Part shown: piece by piece, positions 1 through 9,934 of the stretch
Numbering within the stretch: position 1 is the first letter of the stretch
How the letters are laid out: each line of letters starts with the position of its first letter
Source: Leptolyngbyaceae cyanobacterium
GTDB lineage: Bacteria > Cyanobacteriota > Cyanobacteriia > Phormidesmidales > Phormidesmidaceae
Direction: 5' to 3'
Length of the DNA stretch: 64,000 bases
Assembly: GCA_965263355.1 (NCBI GenBank)
Contig: CBDHHL010000032.1
Coordinates: forward strand, 2,912,001-2,976,000
The notes under the pieces: generated by a model
The model's database searches: none
What the model was told of the DNA's origin: nothing
What the model saw: only the letters and a program-made list of their open reading frames with translations
Program-made: the position numbers and the translations under genes

Positions 1-5
1 GTAAT

Positions 6-59
6 GGAGGTGTGGGTGAGGTGTGATTGATATTGGTGGAGGGGTTACCCACCCTACGG
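6..59. repeat. 54-bp direct repeat, copy 1 (REP-like GTAGGGTGGG...CCACC on the minus strand)
   Basis: ggaggtgtgggtgaggtgtgattgatattggtggaggggttacccaccctacgg is identical to 684-737; lies just past the Uma2 stop codon. Confidence 0.95.
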
Positions 60-64
60 TTTAA

Positions 65-601
65 TTACCGTTGGTGGGTCATGGCGATGACTGTAGCTAC
101 CGTGAAGGCAGGGATATCACTTATCGTAGGTAGGGCATCTTCACTTGCATAGATCATTGGTAACTCTTGTGCTTGCCATACCCAAACCTGCTGACGCTGG
201 ATATCGATCAGCCAGGCTAGCTGAGTACCATTGCCCAGACAATGCAGAATCTTGTTTTGTAAACCAAGGGTACTTTGGTCTGGAGAACGGATTTCAATTA
301 GCCAATCCGGTGGGCCTTCAAGGGGGCCATCTTCATCCGAAAATCGGTCAATCGCTACGACTGCAATATCAGGAACGGGGGATAACGGTGGCACAATACA
401 GCGTAGTTCCTGAGTCGCTTCGTAAGCCTCTGTACGAGCATTAATTGCATTCACCAAATTGCGCTGTAGGCGAGAGTGAAACAGCGTTGGCATAATTTTT
501 TGCTGTGCTTGACCGTTAATAAACTCCCAGGCAGGAGATGCTTCGATATTGGGCTGTTTGAGAAACTCGGCTAAACGGTCGGTGATGGTGGAAGGCTGCA
601 T
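65..601 (-). CDS. Uma2 family (DUF820) PD-(D/E)xK endonuclease
   Basis: Motifs WEFING, PTLFHSRLQ, VPDIAV, PDWLIEIRSP, LAWLID. Confidence 0.9.
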   Translation of the reverse strand: MQPSTITDRLAEFLKQPNIEASPAWEFINGQAQQKIMPTLFHSRLQRNLVNAINARTEAYEATQELRCIVPPLSPVPDIAVVAIDRFSDEDGPLEGPPDWLIEIRSPDQSTLGLQNKILHCLGNGTQLAWLIDIQRQQVWVWQAQELPMIYASEDALPTISDIPAFTVATVIAMTHQR

Positions 602-683
602 TGTGGTCTCCGGTTATCCACATAATGATGATGCCTGAAAAAATTGGCGGTGCCAATGGTTGTCTTTGGGGATGGTGGGTAAG

Positions 684-737
684 GGAGGTGTGGGTGAGGT
701 GTGATTGATATTGGTGGAGGGGTTACCCACCCTACGG
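684..737. repeat. 54-bp direct repeat, copy 2
   Basis: Identical to 6-59; lies just past the stop codon of the second Uma2 gene. Confidence 0.95.
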
Positions 738-744
738 GGCATCC

Positions 745-1395
745 CTATTCTAATGAACCGAATCGTTCTTGGTATTTGGCTAATAATGCTTCTGCGTCAT
801 CTGCTCGCTGCTTTTCCTGGGCTGTCTGCTGCTCCATGTCTACCATGGTCAAAAACTTACGACCATCGGGACGATAAATTTCTAAGCCATCATCTTTCAT
901 GACAAACCGAATATTGAGCCGTGGACTGACCCATCCATCCATCTCATCAATGCAAACAAGCTTCCCCTGTCGTTCCCAGCCTGCTAGCTCTAGCTCATCC
1001 GGATCGTAGATGTAATACTCTTCTACGCCGTAACGCTCATAAAATTTGAACTTTCGCAGCATTTCAGCTGGACGATTACCAGGGGATAAAATCTCAAAGA
1101 CTATTTGAGGAGGAATATTATCTTCTTTCCATTGTTGGTAAGAGCCCCGATCTCCCTTAGGACGCCCAAATACAACCAATGTGTCAGGCGCTTGTCGCGT
1201 TTTGTTATCCCCTTCTACTGGATACCAGAAAAGATCGCCAGCCACAAACACATCTGCTTGTTCAGCAAACAGCAGCTCCAGATTTTCCTTGATGGTGACG
1301 ATCCAACGAAACTGTTTGGTATTGTCAGCCATAGGTTGGCCGTCGCTGTCTGGATAGCTGATGTCAGTTTTAAGATTGGGAAGTGTTGATGTCAC
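745..1395 (-). CDS. Uma2 family (DUF820) endonuclease with short C-terminal coiled coil
   Basis: YPDSDGQPMADNTKQF, APDTLVVFGRPKG, VFEILSP, YGVEEYYIYDP. GTG at 1395 follows GGAGGA (ORF track starts at 1503). Confidence 0.9.
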   Translation of the reverse strand: MTSTLPNLKTDISYPDSDGQPMADNTKQFRWIVTIKENLELLFAEQADVFVAGDLFWYPVEGDNKTRQAPDTLVVFGRPKGDRGSYQQWKEDNIPPQIVFEILSPGNRPAEMLRKFKFYERYGVEEYYIYDPDELELAGWERQGKLVCIDEMDGWVSPRLNIRFVMKDDGLEIYRPDGRKFLTMVDMEQQTAQEKQRADDAEALLAKYQERFGSLE

Positions 1396-1475
1396 TGGGC
1401 TCAATCCTCCAAAGAACTCGCTGCTGGTTGGTGGCAAGTAGTTCAAATATACCAAATTTGGAAAGAGGCTTCCTT

Positions 1476-2366
1476 TTATGCCAGAACGGTTTTCAGTACC
1501 CAATCCCTAATCAATGGATTCACCAGCTCGGGGCGATCATCATGGGGACAATGGCCCGCTTCTAAAAAGTGTTCCTCAATGTCGGTGTAATACTTCCTAA
1601 ATAGCTCACTGCGTTCCTCACAGTTCATCCAAGGATCTTTTGTACCCCACAGCAACAATAAAGGCCGCTCTAACTGGGATAACAACACATCTACCCGCTC
1701 ACCCCTTGGAGCCTTAAACAAGGCGGCAAAGGCAGCTGGTGCCTCTGGCTCAGTGGCTGGCCGATAGATATTCTCGATCAATTCATCAGTTACCGCATCC
1801 TGATTTACATAGACCTGTTTCAGGGTCTTGCGAATATAAGACTTCTTTTTTACAAATTGGAAAACAAACCAGCTGGGAATCGGACTGAGAATAATGTTTT
1901 TAATCAGTGTGCCAATTGTCTTCTTAAACGAGCTGGGTTCCTGTGTCGGCATTTGATCGGTAAATGAACCTACCCCATTGAGCAATACCGCACCTTTTAC
2001 CCACTGGGGCCGAGTGGCTGCTGTAAACAAACAGCTGTAGCCCCCGATGGAGTTGCCCGCAATCACTGCTGGACGACCGATCACCTGCTCGATAAAGTCG
2101 CTGAGCTGATCGCGCCATAGGTCAGAACTGTAACCACCAGACGGCTTTGATGACCGCCCAAAGCCAATCAGGTCGATGGCCCACACTTCAAAATCCTGCT
2201 GTAGCTCGGCGATATTTTTGGTCCAATGGTCGGTCGAGGCACCAAATCCATGCACTAGCAGCAACGGTGGCCGCTCGGTACGTGGCTCACCTGAGCGGAC
2301 GTAGTAAACGGTGAAGTTGCGCCAGGTCCAGGTTTTGCCGGTAGTGGGTGCAGCTGCGATGGTCAT
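1476..2366 (-). CDS. Alpha/beta fold hydrolase
   Basis: HGFGAS, DLIGFGRS, nucleophile elbow GNSIGG, GHCPHDD; ATG 2366 preferred. Confidence 0.9.
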   Translation of the reverse strand: MTIAAAPTTGKTWTWRNFTVYYVRSGEPRTERPPLLLVHGFGASTDHWTKNIAELQQDFEVWAIDLIGFGRSSKPSGGYSSDLWRDQLSDFIEQVIGRPAVIAGNSIGGYSCLFTAATRPQWVKGAVLLNGVGSFTDQMPTQEPSSFKKTIGTLIKNIILSPIPSWFVFQFVKKKSYIRKTLKQVYVNQDAVTDELIENIYRPATEPEAPAAFAALFKAPRGERVDVLLSQLERPLLLLWGTKDPWMNCEERSELFRKYYTDIEEHFLEAGHCPHDDRPELVNPLIRDWVLKTVLA

Positions 2367-2428
2367 AGGTCGATTGGGGTTGAGCAATTTAGTAGGATTC
2401 AAAAATTGATGCTGTAGGGGCGTTGCCG

Positions 2429-2472
2429 ATCCCCTTGTAGAGGCATTGCATGCAACGCTTCTACAAGGGGAT
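2429..2472. repeat. REP-like palindrome (GTAGAGGCATTGCATGCAACGCTTCTAC core)
   Basis: Imperfect 44-bp inverted repeat in an intergenic gap; related to 18635-18668. Confidence 0.7.
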
Positions 2473-2573
2473 GTGTTAAGTAATATTTCGTTACTTGTTT
2501 AAGTCTATCGTGGGTTCTGCCTGCTTGTCGCAATCGACCGCTAGGCTGGAAAAAATGCTGTTTTGCCTCTGTT

Positions 2574-4019
2574 ATGGCTTTTTCTCGATCTTCCCGTCGT
2601 CGTACGTTTCAGTTGTGGTTTGAGCGGTTGATGGTTGCGATCGCAATTATCAACCTCCTGCTTGTCGCCGTTGACATCAGTTATATTCGCTTCCGTGATC
2701 TATACCTAAAAACCGTGCCAGAGCTGACCACCTGGTACGGCGTAACCTTTAAGGGGATTCAACCGCAGCGCGATACCCAGGCTTACTTAGACCGAGTTGA
2801 GGCGCTCAAAAAGACCCTAGAAACCGAGGGGCCTGAGTCAAACAAAGCCAAGCGAGAAATAGCCTACCTGCGTCGGAGTAGTATCGACCTGATTGATGAA
2901 AATCCCTTTGAGGTGGCCAATAAGTCGGGCACATTGGAACGGATTAAGCAGTTAGTGCGCGATCGCACCGAAATCAACGGTTCCTCCAAGGACGCATTTG
3001 AAACCTTTTGGAGTCCAGAATATTTAGAAAAGGGCTGGGTGGACGAAATCGCCTTTTTTGATGATAAAGTCGTTCCCTTGATGGAAACTAACTATTGGCG
3101 GAGCATTGGTTTCAACGGTTTACCCACCGATCGCTTTTGGATCATTGATATTCCCTTTATTGCCCTCTTTGCCATTGAATTTCTAGCCCGGACGTTCTAC
3201 CTGAGCCGTCGCCATACCAATACCACCTGGTTCGATGCCATGCTGTGGCGAATATATGATTTACCCCTATTTTTTCCCTTTTGGCGTTGGTTGCGAGTAG
3301 TGCCCGTGGTGATTCGGTCCAATCAGGCTCAGTTATCACAACTCGACAACATCCAGAGTCGCTTGAATCGCATTTTAATTAGTCAGTTTGCAGTGGAATT
3401 GACGGAAGTCGTTTTTCTACGCATGATCGATCAAATTCAAAACCTGGTTCAGGCTGGTCAGATTAGCCGTTGGTTCTTTGAAATCACAGCGGGAAAAGAA
3501 AACTACATTGATCTAAATGACGTCGATGAAGTCCAAGTCATTTCTCAACGCCTCACCGATATTGTGGTGAATAAGGTACTGCCTGAAATCAAGCCCGAAG
3601 TGGATGCTATTCTTGGCCATGCCGTTACGGGAGCCATCTCCCAGGCTCCTGCCTATCAGGGCCTGACTATCTTCCCAGGCTTTACCAGCATTTCTGAGCA
3701 AATTACCCAGCAAATTTCAGCAGAGGTCACCAAGAACCTTTATAGCAGTTTGAAACAGGCCTTAGCTGATGATAAAGGGGCTGAACTCATGGGCAAATTG
3801 GTGGAAAGCTTTGGTCAACATTTACGGGATGAGCTGCGGCAGGGAAATACCCTGACTGAGTTGCAAGAGTTGATCAATGCCTTCCTAGAAGAAATGAAGG
3901 TCAATTACGTAGAACGTCTTGCGGTTGATGACTTAGAAACTCGTCAAGCCAATACCTATCGTCTCTATGGAACGACCCAAAAATCACGGCCTGCCCCGGC
4001 CAAAATAGTAGGACGATAG
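2574..4019 (+). CDS. Conserved hypothetical membrane protein with a segment resembling an ion-transport S2-S4 region
   Basis: 481 aa; N-terminal TM helix; FIALFAIEFLAR...YDLPLFFPFWRWLRVVPVVIR. Confidence 0.75.
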   Translation: MAFSRSSRRRTFQLWFERLMVAIAIINLLLVAVDISYIRFRDLYLKTVPELTTWYGVTFKGIQPQRDTQAYLDRVEALKKTLETEGPESNKAKREIAYLRRSSIDLIDENPFEVANKSGTLERIKQLVRDRTEINGSSKDAFETFWSPEYLEKGWVDEIAFFDDKVVPLMETNYWRSIGFNGLPTDRFWIIDIPFIALFAIEFLARTFYLSRRHTNTTWFDAMLWRIYDLPLFFPFWRWLRVVPVVIRSNQAQLSQLDNIQSRLNRILISQFAVELTEVVFLRMIDQIQNLVQAGQISRWFFEITAGKENYIDLNDVDEVQVISQRLTDIVVNKVLPEIKPEVDAILGHAVTGAISQAPAYQGLTIFPGFTSISEQITQQISAEVTKNLYSSLKQALADDKGAELMGKLVESFGQHLRDELRQGNTLTELQELINAFLEEMKVNYVERLAVDDLETRQANTYRLYGTTQKSRPAPAKIVGR

Positions 4020-4239
4020 TCAGGATTATCGCTAGTTCAAAAGAACTATATAGTAAGGGAATAATCCTAGGAAAGTGAATTTAGTAGGAAGCGCTTAGAC
4101 ATCAAGGATCGGCTGTGAGCCAAATAATTGATTGATTCAAGACTAACTAAACTTGCTATTTCCAGTATTTGTCTTAACCTAGGACTAATTTCTTTTCTGT
4201 ACCCAACCTACTTACTTGACCAAACCCACTGCTACCTCC

Positions 4240-7200
4240 ATGGCTACGCAACGATCTGCTGCTAAGTTTCCCCAACAGCGGTGGCAGATTTTTCCGCCCC
4301 AGGTGCAGCAGGCGCAGCGGATGGCGACAGTGACGCAGCTATCACCTTTACTGGCTCAAGTCTTGATTAATCGGGGGGTACAAACACCAGAGCAGGCGTG
4401 GCTATATCTAGATCCCGAGACGCAACAACTGCCGTCGCCACTAGATGAATTTCCAGATTTACTCCGCAGTGTAGATTTATTGGCAACGGCCATTGAGCAA
4501 GGGCATAAAATTGCTATTTGTGGTGATTACGATGCGGATGGCATGACCAGCACGGCCTTGTTGCTGAGGGCACTGTGGCATTTAGGGGCAGAGGCCCACT
4601 ATGCAATTCCCAGCCGCATGCAAGAAGGCTATGGTATCAACAGTCGCATTGTGGATGATTTTCATGCAGAAGGGGTGAGACTAATTCTCACGGTCGACAA
4701 TGGCATTGCCGCCTATGAGCCCATTGCCCATGCCGTAGAGCTAGGTCTTACGGTGATTATTACCGATCACCACGATTTGCCAGAACAGCTGCCACCGGCC
4801 CAGGCGATTTTAAACCCTAAACTGTTGCCGATGGGGTCTCCTTACTATGGGGTGGCTGGTGTAGGCGTGGCTTATATTCTTGCGGTGTGCCTTGCCCAGG
4901 CGCTAAATCGTACCCAAGATCTGACGGCGTCATCGTTAGAGTTATTTACCTTAGGCACCATTGCTGATCTGGCTCCTTTGGTGGGGGTAAATCGTCGCTG
5001 GGTGCGGCGGGGGCTCCAGCTATTACCTAGGTCTCGCATTCCTGGCATTCAAGCACTGATTGAGGTAGCGGGCTTAGACCAAGGAAAAAAAGCCTTAAAA
5101 CCCGAAGCAATTGGCTTTCGCTTAGGGCCACGTATTAATGCGGTGGGCCGTATTGCTGATCCGCAGATTGTGATTGATATGCTTACCACTGACGATGTGG
5201 GGGTGGCATTGCAGCGAGCCATGCAGTGTGAAGAGACCAATACGCTGCGCCAGCGCATGTGTGAGCTGATTGAAACTCAGGCGGTAACCTGGTGTGAGGA
5301 GCAACAGGCCCAGGGTAAGCTCAATTTGCAACAAGAACGGGTACTGGTTGTTGTGCAGCCGGATTGGCATCATGGTGTGATCGGGATTGTTGCCTCCCGT
5401 CTGGTGGAACGTTATGGGGTTCCTGTTTTTATTGGCACCTACGAAGATAAAGCGCAAAAAGAGATTCGTGGCTCTGCCCGAGGTATTCCTGAATTTAATG
5501 TGTTTGAGGCCCTGCAAGCCTGTGAGGATCTGTTGGATAAGTACGGTGGCCACCGAGCGGCAGGGGGATTCACCTTTGCTGCGAAAAAACTGCGTCAGGT
5601 AAAATCGCGGCTGAGTCATTTTGCCTGTCAACATCTGCAGCCAGACTATTTAAAGCCTTTGGTGGCAGTGGATGTAAAGGCTAATTTGGCAGACATCACG
5701 TTAGATCTTTACGAACAAATTGATTATCTCCATCCCTGTGGTATTCAAAATAATGAGCCAGTGTTTTGGACACCTATGGTCAATGTGGTGGAACAACAAA
5801 TCATCGGTAAGGATCGCAAACATCTAAAACTTACGTTGGCCCAGACCCATCCAGATACTGAGCATGTAACTTCTATAAAGGCGCTTGCCTGGCGTTGGGC
5901 TGAGTATCATCCGTTGCCCCATCAGGTGGATATTGCTTACAAAGTTCGTCTCAATGAGTGGCAGGGACGGCAATCGGTTGAATTAGAACTTTTAGGTGTA
6001 AAGCTAGCGCAGCCTGATCTTTTATCTAGCTCAATTCCGCCTTGGTCTGAGGAGTCGAGTCCGTTGGTAGAGCCTGAGAGTCTTTTGCCTGAAACAAGTC
6101 CCCAAGCTAACGCTGTCAATGTACCAAGTGTGGATGCGCCAACATTGGCAGAAAAATTGGCGGTGACACCTAGGCGGTCGGCTGTGTCCTCAGGGCTACC
6201 GCAGGGCAATCATGGCCAGACTCCTAAGGTGCAAGAGTCGTCTCTGACAACGGCAGTTGACTCTCTGCCTAATTCTCCATTAGATAATGGGTCGTCGCTG
6301 CCAGCAGGCGCGACCCATGCTGAATTTTTCTATGGTAAGCGTCGCTATGTGAGTACTATTCAACAGGATAATGCTCAGGAGCTTCAGATTCGTAATGATG
6401 AAGGACATGTATTAGTGGTGCAATTGGTCCAGCGTCGTGGTGTCTTGTATGTATCTGGCGAGAGCCCCGAAGTAGTGGACCTGTCGGATATTTACTATTT
6501 TAATCTGTTGCGAGCTGGTCTAAATACGCTAGAACTCAAGCAAAAAACGAGCTTGTTGATTTACAAGGATGAGCTGCTGGCTGAAAAGGATGAACTTTTA
6601 AAGGAGAAGGATAGCCAAATTGCTACCCTGAACCAACAAATTCAGATTCTAGAAGAGAAAATCACGCAGTTATCGGATGAAAAACAGACGGCGTTTCAGG
6701 ACCTGCAAACTGCGTTGCAACAGCAGCAGGCTGCGATCGCAGACCAAGAAGCCCACATTGTGCAGTTACAGACTGATCAACCTCGACGCACGACTGTACC
6801 ACCGCCAGATCCAAACGTAATTAAGCAAGACGTTCGTAAGGCCTTGGGCGATAGCGTTTGGTTTTGTATTCAGCCAGATTCCCAAAAAGATTTTTGTGCG
6901 GCGTATCGTCACCATCACATGCTCCAATCTGATGGGGCTGACCCTGACATAGCAGATTACTCTGAAGCCGGTATTCGACTGAGTTTTGCGGTAGAGCGTG
7001 AAGTGATGCAACCGTTTTTTACGGATTTGTATGATTTTGTGCGTTTAGAAGGACGGTCAAAAATTGGCAGCATTGAGCTAGGCCAAAACCGGAAATATAG
7101 TCTGGGGCTGCTGCCGCCATTGCTCGCAGAACAATGGCGCACCTTTAAACCAGATGCCTTAACTCAGCAGCAGAAACTGCCGGACAAGCAACTCTACCGT

Positions 7201-7464
7201 ACGCTGACAAATCCCAATAGTCTGAGCGACCGCGACAGTGACCTATTGATGGAGTTTTTTGAACAGTGGGAGCATCCCATGGCAAGTTGTTTTGGCCAAA
7301 AGGGTAAGCAGGCAGCAGCCAGTTTAGATCAGATTAGTCGATTGCAAACGATTGCTTCCCATGGTGAACGTTTTCTGTACGAGTGGCACTACAAACTACT
7401 ACGACAGCTGATTGTGGGTGGCTCAAATCGACGCGGTTTATTTAGGCAGATTTACGGAGGATAA
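4240..7464 (+). CDS. recJ: Single-stranded-DNA exonuclease RecJ with a long C-terminal extension
   Basis: DHH motifs GDYDADG, TVDNG, TDHH, GTIADL, GPRINAVGR, GSAR, GGH; OB fold; about 480 extra C-terminal residues. Confidence 0.95.
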   Translation: MATQRSAAKFPQQRWQIFPPQVQQAQRMATVTQLSPLLAQVLINRGVQTPEQAWLYLDPETQQLPSPLDEFPDLLRSVDLLATAIEQGHKIAICGDYDADGMTSTALLLRALWHLGAEAHYAIPSRMQEGYGINSRIVDDFHAEGVRLILTVDNGIAAYEPIAHAVELGLTVIITDHHDLPEQLPPAQAILNPKLLPMGSPYYGVAGVGVAYILAVCLAQALNRTQDLTASSLELFTLGTIADLAPLVGVNRRWVRRGLQLLPRSRIPGIQALIEVAGLDQGKKALKPEAIGFRLGPRINAVGRIADPQIVIDMLTTDDVGVALQRAMQCEETNTLRQRMCELIETQAVTWCEEQQAQGKLNLQQERVLVVVQPDWHHGVIGIVASRLVERYGVPVFIGTYEDKAQKEIRGSARGIPEFNVFEALQACEDLLDKYGGHRAAGGFTFAAKKLRQVKSRLSHFACQHLQPDYLKPLVAVDVKANLADITLDLYEQIDYLHPCGIQNNEPVFWTPMVNVVEQQIIGKDRKHLKLTLAQTHPDTEHVTSIKALAWRWAEYHPLPHQVDIAYKVRLNEWQGRQSVELELLGVKLAQPDLLSSSIPPWSEESSPLVEPESLLPETSPQANAVNVPSVDAPTLAEKLAVTPRRSAVSSGLPQGNHGQTPKVQESSLTTAVDSLPNSPLDNGSSLPAGATHAEFFYGKRRYVSTIQQDNAQELQIRNDEGHVLVVQLVQRRGVLYVSGESPEVVDLSDIYYFNLLRAGLNTLELKQKTSLLIYKDELLAEKDELLKEKDSQIATLNQQIQILEEKITQLSDEKQTAFQDLQTALQQQQAAIADQEAHIVQLQTDQPRRTTVPPPDPNVIKQDVRKALGDSVWFCIQPDSQKDFCAAYRHHHMLQSDGADPDIADYSEAGIRLSFAVEREVMQPFFTDLYDFVRLEGRSKIGSIELGQNRKYSLGLLPPLLAEQWRTFKPDALTQQQKLPDKQLYRTLTNPNSLSDRDSDLLMEFFEQWEHPMASCFGQKGKQAAASLDQISRLQTIASHGERFLYEWHYKLLRQLIVGGSNRRGLFRQIYGG

Positions 7465-7495
7465 CCTGCGATTGATAGATATCTCTGTTAAGACC

Positions 7496-7779
7496 TGTGG
7501 ATAACTTAAAAAGGGCAAATAGCCGGAAATAGACATATTTTTATTGAAATTTAAAGATGGCTAAAATGTTTCCATGCCAATATCTTGAGTGCTTTCAGCT
7601 ATTTCAATACTTTAGGTTTGCTACAGTGAAGCGCTGCGAATCATTAGGGACTTGGTGGCATCTCCTAACTTTTCCACATGTTTTCCACAGAGTTTTCCAC
7701 AGCCTCGAAATGTTTTCCACAGGTCTTTTAACATACTCCCCAGTCCGTAATTTAGTAAAGGCAGACTATATCTGGATAA
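7496..7779. promoter_or_regulatory. DnaA-box cluster
   Basis: TGTGGATAA 7496-7504; TTTTCCACA at 7670, 7681, 7693, 7713; TCTGGATAA 7771. Confidence 0.7.
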
Positions 7780-8136
7780 CCAACCATAATTAGTTAATAA
7801 GGGTTCGGTTATTTAGTTTTAGCGGACGTACTGGGAAAACCTTGGGGAATCCATACTTTACGAAGCCAACCGGTAATATTCCGGCAACTTTAGTTAACTA
7901 AATATTTAGTTGTGTTGGTAAGTGGTATCAAAGTGGGGACCCTGAACCTGCGTGTCAATATACACATATTGATGTATTGGTACGCACATGTGTTATGTAG
8001 TCTCCATATCAATGTATAGCTGAATCTTGAAGGCTGTGATTGTCATCAATCCTAATTACTTTTCCGGCGTATATCCTTAAGTTTTGTATAACTAAGTGAT
8101 GCTATCCCAGTGCGCTTCTGCCGTATAAATACATAG

Positions 8137-9291
8137 ATGATAATGAGTGGTCAAGTTATTGATACTGATGTCAGCTACCTATCTCATGAGCAAGATACTT
8201 GTTATAGGCATGAGCTCAAGATTTGCGATCGCGTCATTCAACGCTACCCGTATCATTATCCGGCCTGGAATTATCGCAGCTATTTATTAGCCAGTATCGG
8301 TCAATATAAAGACGCCGCCGCAAGCTATCGGCACACATTGTCTTTGAAGTCCACAGAACATCGCGTATGGTGTAATTACGGTGCTGTTCTTGAAAAACTG
8401 GATGCATTAGACGAAGCGGCTAAATGCTACGGCCATGCGCTGAAGCAATCTCCATCTTATTTCAAAGCCCAGTATCGTAAAAGTAAAAATCTGCATCGAA
8501 GGGCCTTATATGGCGAAGCAGTTGTGAGTTATGAGCAAGCAATTCAGTTGAGACCTGATTTTTATAAAGTTTGGTATTATCGCGGCAAGGCCCTGCTCCA
8601 ACTTGATCGGACCGATCAGGCCATTGCCAGTTTTAATAAAGCATCCGAACTCTACGATGGTGATAGCAAACTCTGGTTAATTTTGGGGCGTACCCTATTG
8701 CAAGTACAAAATTACCCAGATGCCTTGAGGGCTCTAAATCATGCCATTCGCCTTGAATCAGATAATGCCATTGCCTGGAGCTATCATGCGGCAGTCCTTA
8801 AGGCTCAAGGGTCTTTAGAAGATGCGCTGGTTAGCATGGAAAGATCTGTAACCCTAGAGCCGGGTGAATCGCGATTCTGGCATTTGCGAGGGTTAGTGCT
8901 GCTAGAGCTGGATCAGCTTGCTGCTGCTGAAGAAAGTTTTACGACATCCTTGAAGTTACAGGCTTATAACCATCAAGGCTGGTTGGCAATGGGATGGGCA
9001 TTGCAAAAGATGGGCAACTTTAGCCGAGCGATTGAAGCCTACGATAAGTCGCTTGCTATTGAGCCTGATCAACCATTTGCGTTTTATAACCAGGCACGTT
9101 GTCATGCTCGTTTAGGTGAAGATACCTGGGCCATTGAGCATTTACGTCGAGCCATGTCACTGGATCCTAAAATTTATTCGGAACGAGCCTACGCGGATCC
9201 ATTGCTACAAAATATTTTGCAAGATATGGAAGACAATGACAGCGGCGAAGACTTAAAAGAAATAGAGATGTTCGCCATTGATTCCCATTAA
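8137..9291 (+). CDS. Tetratricopeptide repeat protein
   Basis: Repeated 34-aa units (AW..RG..L..LG...EA...Y..A). Confidence 0.9.
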   Translation: MIMSGQVIDTDVSYLSHEQDTCYRHELKICDRVIQRYPYHYPAWNYRSYLLASIGQYKDAAASYRHTLSLKSTEHRVWCNYGAVLEKLDALDEAAKCYGHALKQSPSYFKAQYRKSKNLHRRALYGEAVVSYEQAIQLRPDFYKVWYYRGKALLQLDRTDQAIASFNKASELYDGDSKLWLILGRTLLQVQNYPDALRALNHAIRLESDNAIAWSYHAAVLKAQGSLEDALVSMERSVTLEPGESRFWHLRGLVLLELDQLAAAEESFTTSLKLQAYNHQGWLAMGWALQKMGNFSRAIEAYDKSLAIEPDQPFAFYNQARCHARLGEDTWAIEHLRRAMSLDPKIYSERAYADPLLQNILQDMEDNDSGEDLKEIEMFAIDSH

Positions 9292-9332
9292 CATAGGGAG
9301 ACCCTCTATGGAAGGTCTCCACATATTTGTAA

Positions 9333-9405
9333 TGGAGCTAAGCGGACTCGAACCGCTGACTCCCTGCATGCCATGCAGGTGCTCTACCAGCTGAGCTATA
9401 GCCCC
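9333..9405 (-). tRNA. trnA: tRNA-Ala(GGC)
   Basis: Reverse complement GGGGCTATAGCTCAG...CCTGC-ATGGCAT-GCAGG...GGTTCGAGTCC...AGCTCCA. Confidence 0.95.
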
Positions 9406-9636
9406 TCGGACTTATTACACAATAATCTCTTGCTAGGAGCCTAGCGTCAAGGGATAACAGCACTCTTTTTCGAGTTCTAAAGTAATCTGGGGCAAGCCCT
9501 CACTGATCGTTGCTCAGTTGTAAAACTTGTAGCTGTCTGATAAACCGGGTGGATTTTGGCTTCGCTCAGTCAACTTAATGGCCAAGCCTGCGTTACTGAC
9601 TAATCGAAATCCTGGGTAGTAGCCGTCGATATCCCA

Positions 9637-9663
9637 GGGCATCCACAAGGGAGTGTCCCTACA
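9637..9663 (-). repeat. REP-like element TGTAGGGACACTCCCTTGTGGATGCCC
   Basis: GTAG-initiated, similar to 15611-15637. Confidence 0.5.
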
Positions 9664-9733
9664 GAGTTGCCCATTTTAATCGGGTTTAATGAATTCGGAT
9701 TTGGTATAAGTTTGGTTTGGCGGTTCGGTTGCT

Positions 9734-9934
9734 CTAAACGTTGCCTTCTGTTTGCTGGCAACGCTCTAATTCAAGACTTATGGCTTGTAGTCGCTCCCTG
9801 TAGTGATCAACAGCACATCTAAATGATGCCAAGATCACCAAAATTGCATCGGAATTGATGGGGCGTACATCGTTTCTATAGATAGAACGAACAAGCTCGT
9901 TCTTCCCCACCATTCTTTCGGAGTCTTGAACCAT
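9734..9934 (-). CDS. Small hypothetical protein (helical)
   Basis: 66-aa ATG ORF at the islet edge; no recognised motif. Confidence 0.3.
   Translation of the reverse strand: MVQDSERMVGKNELVRSIYRNDVRPINSDAILVILASFRCAVDHYRERLQAISLELERCQQTEGNV

Noticed and set aside
4033..4048. TAGTTCAAAAGAACTA palindrome upstream of recJ as an SOS box
   Set aside because: Does not fit the cyanobacterial LexA consensus
7557..7793. 78-aa ORF containing FPHVFHRVFHS
   Set aside because: An artefact of translating the DnaA-box repeats
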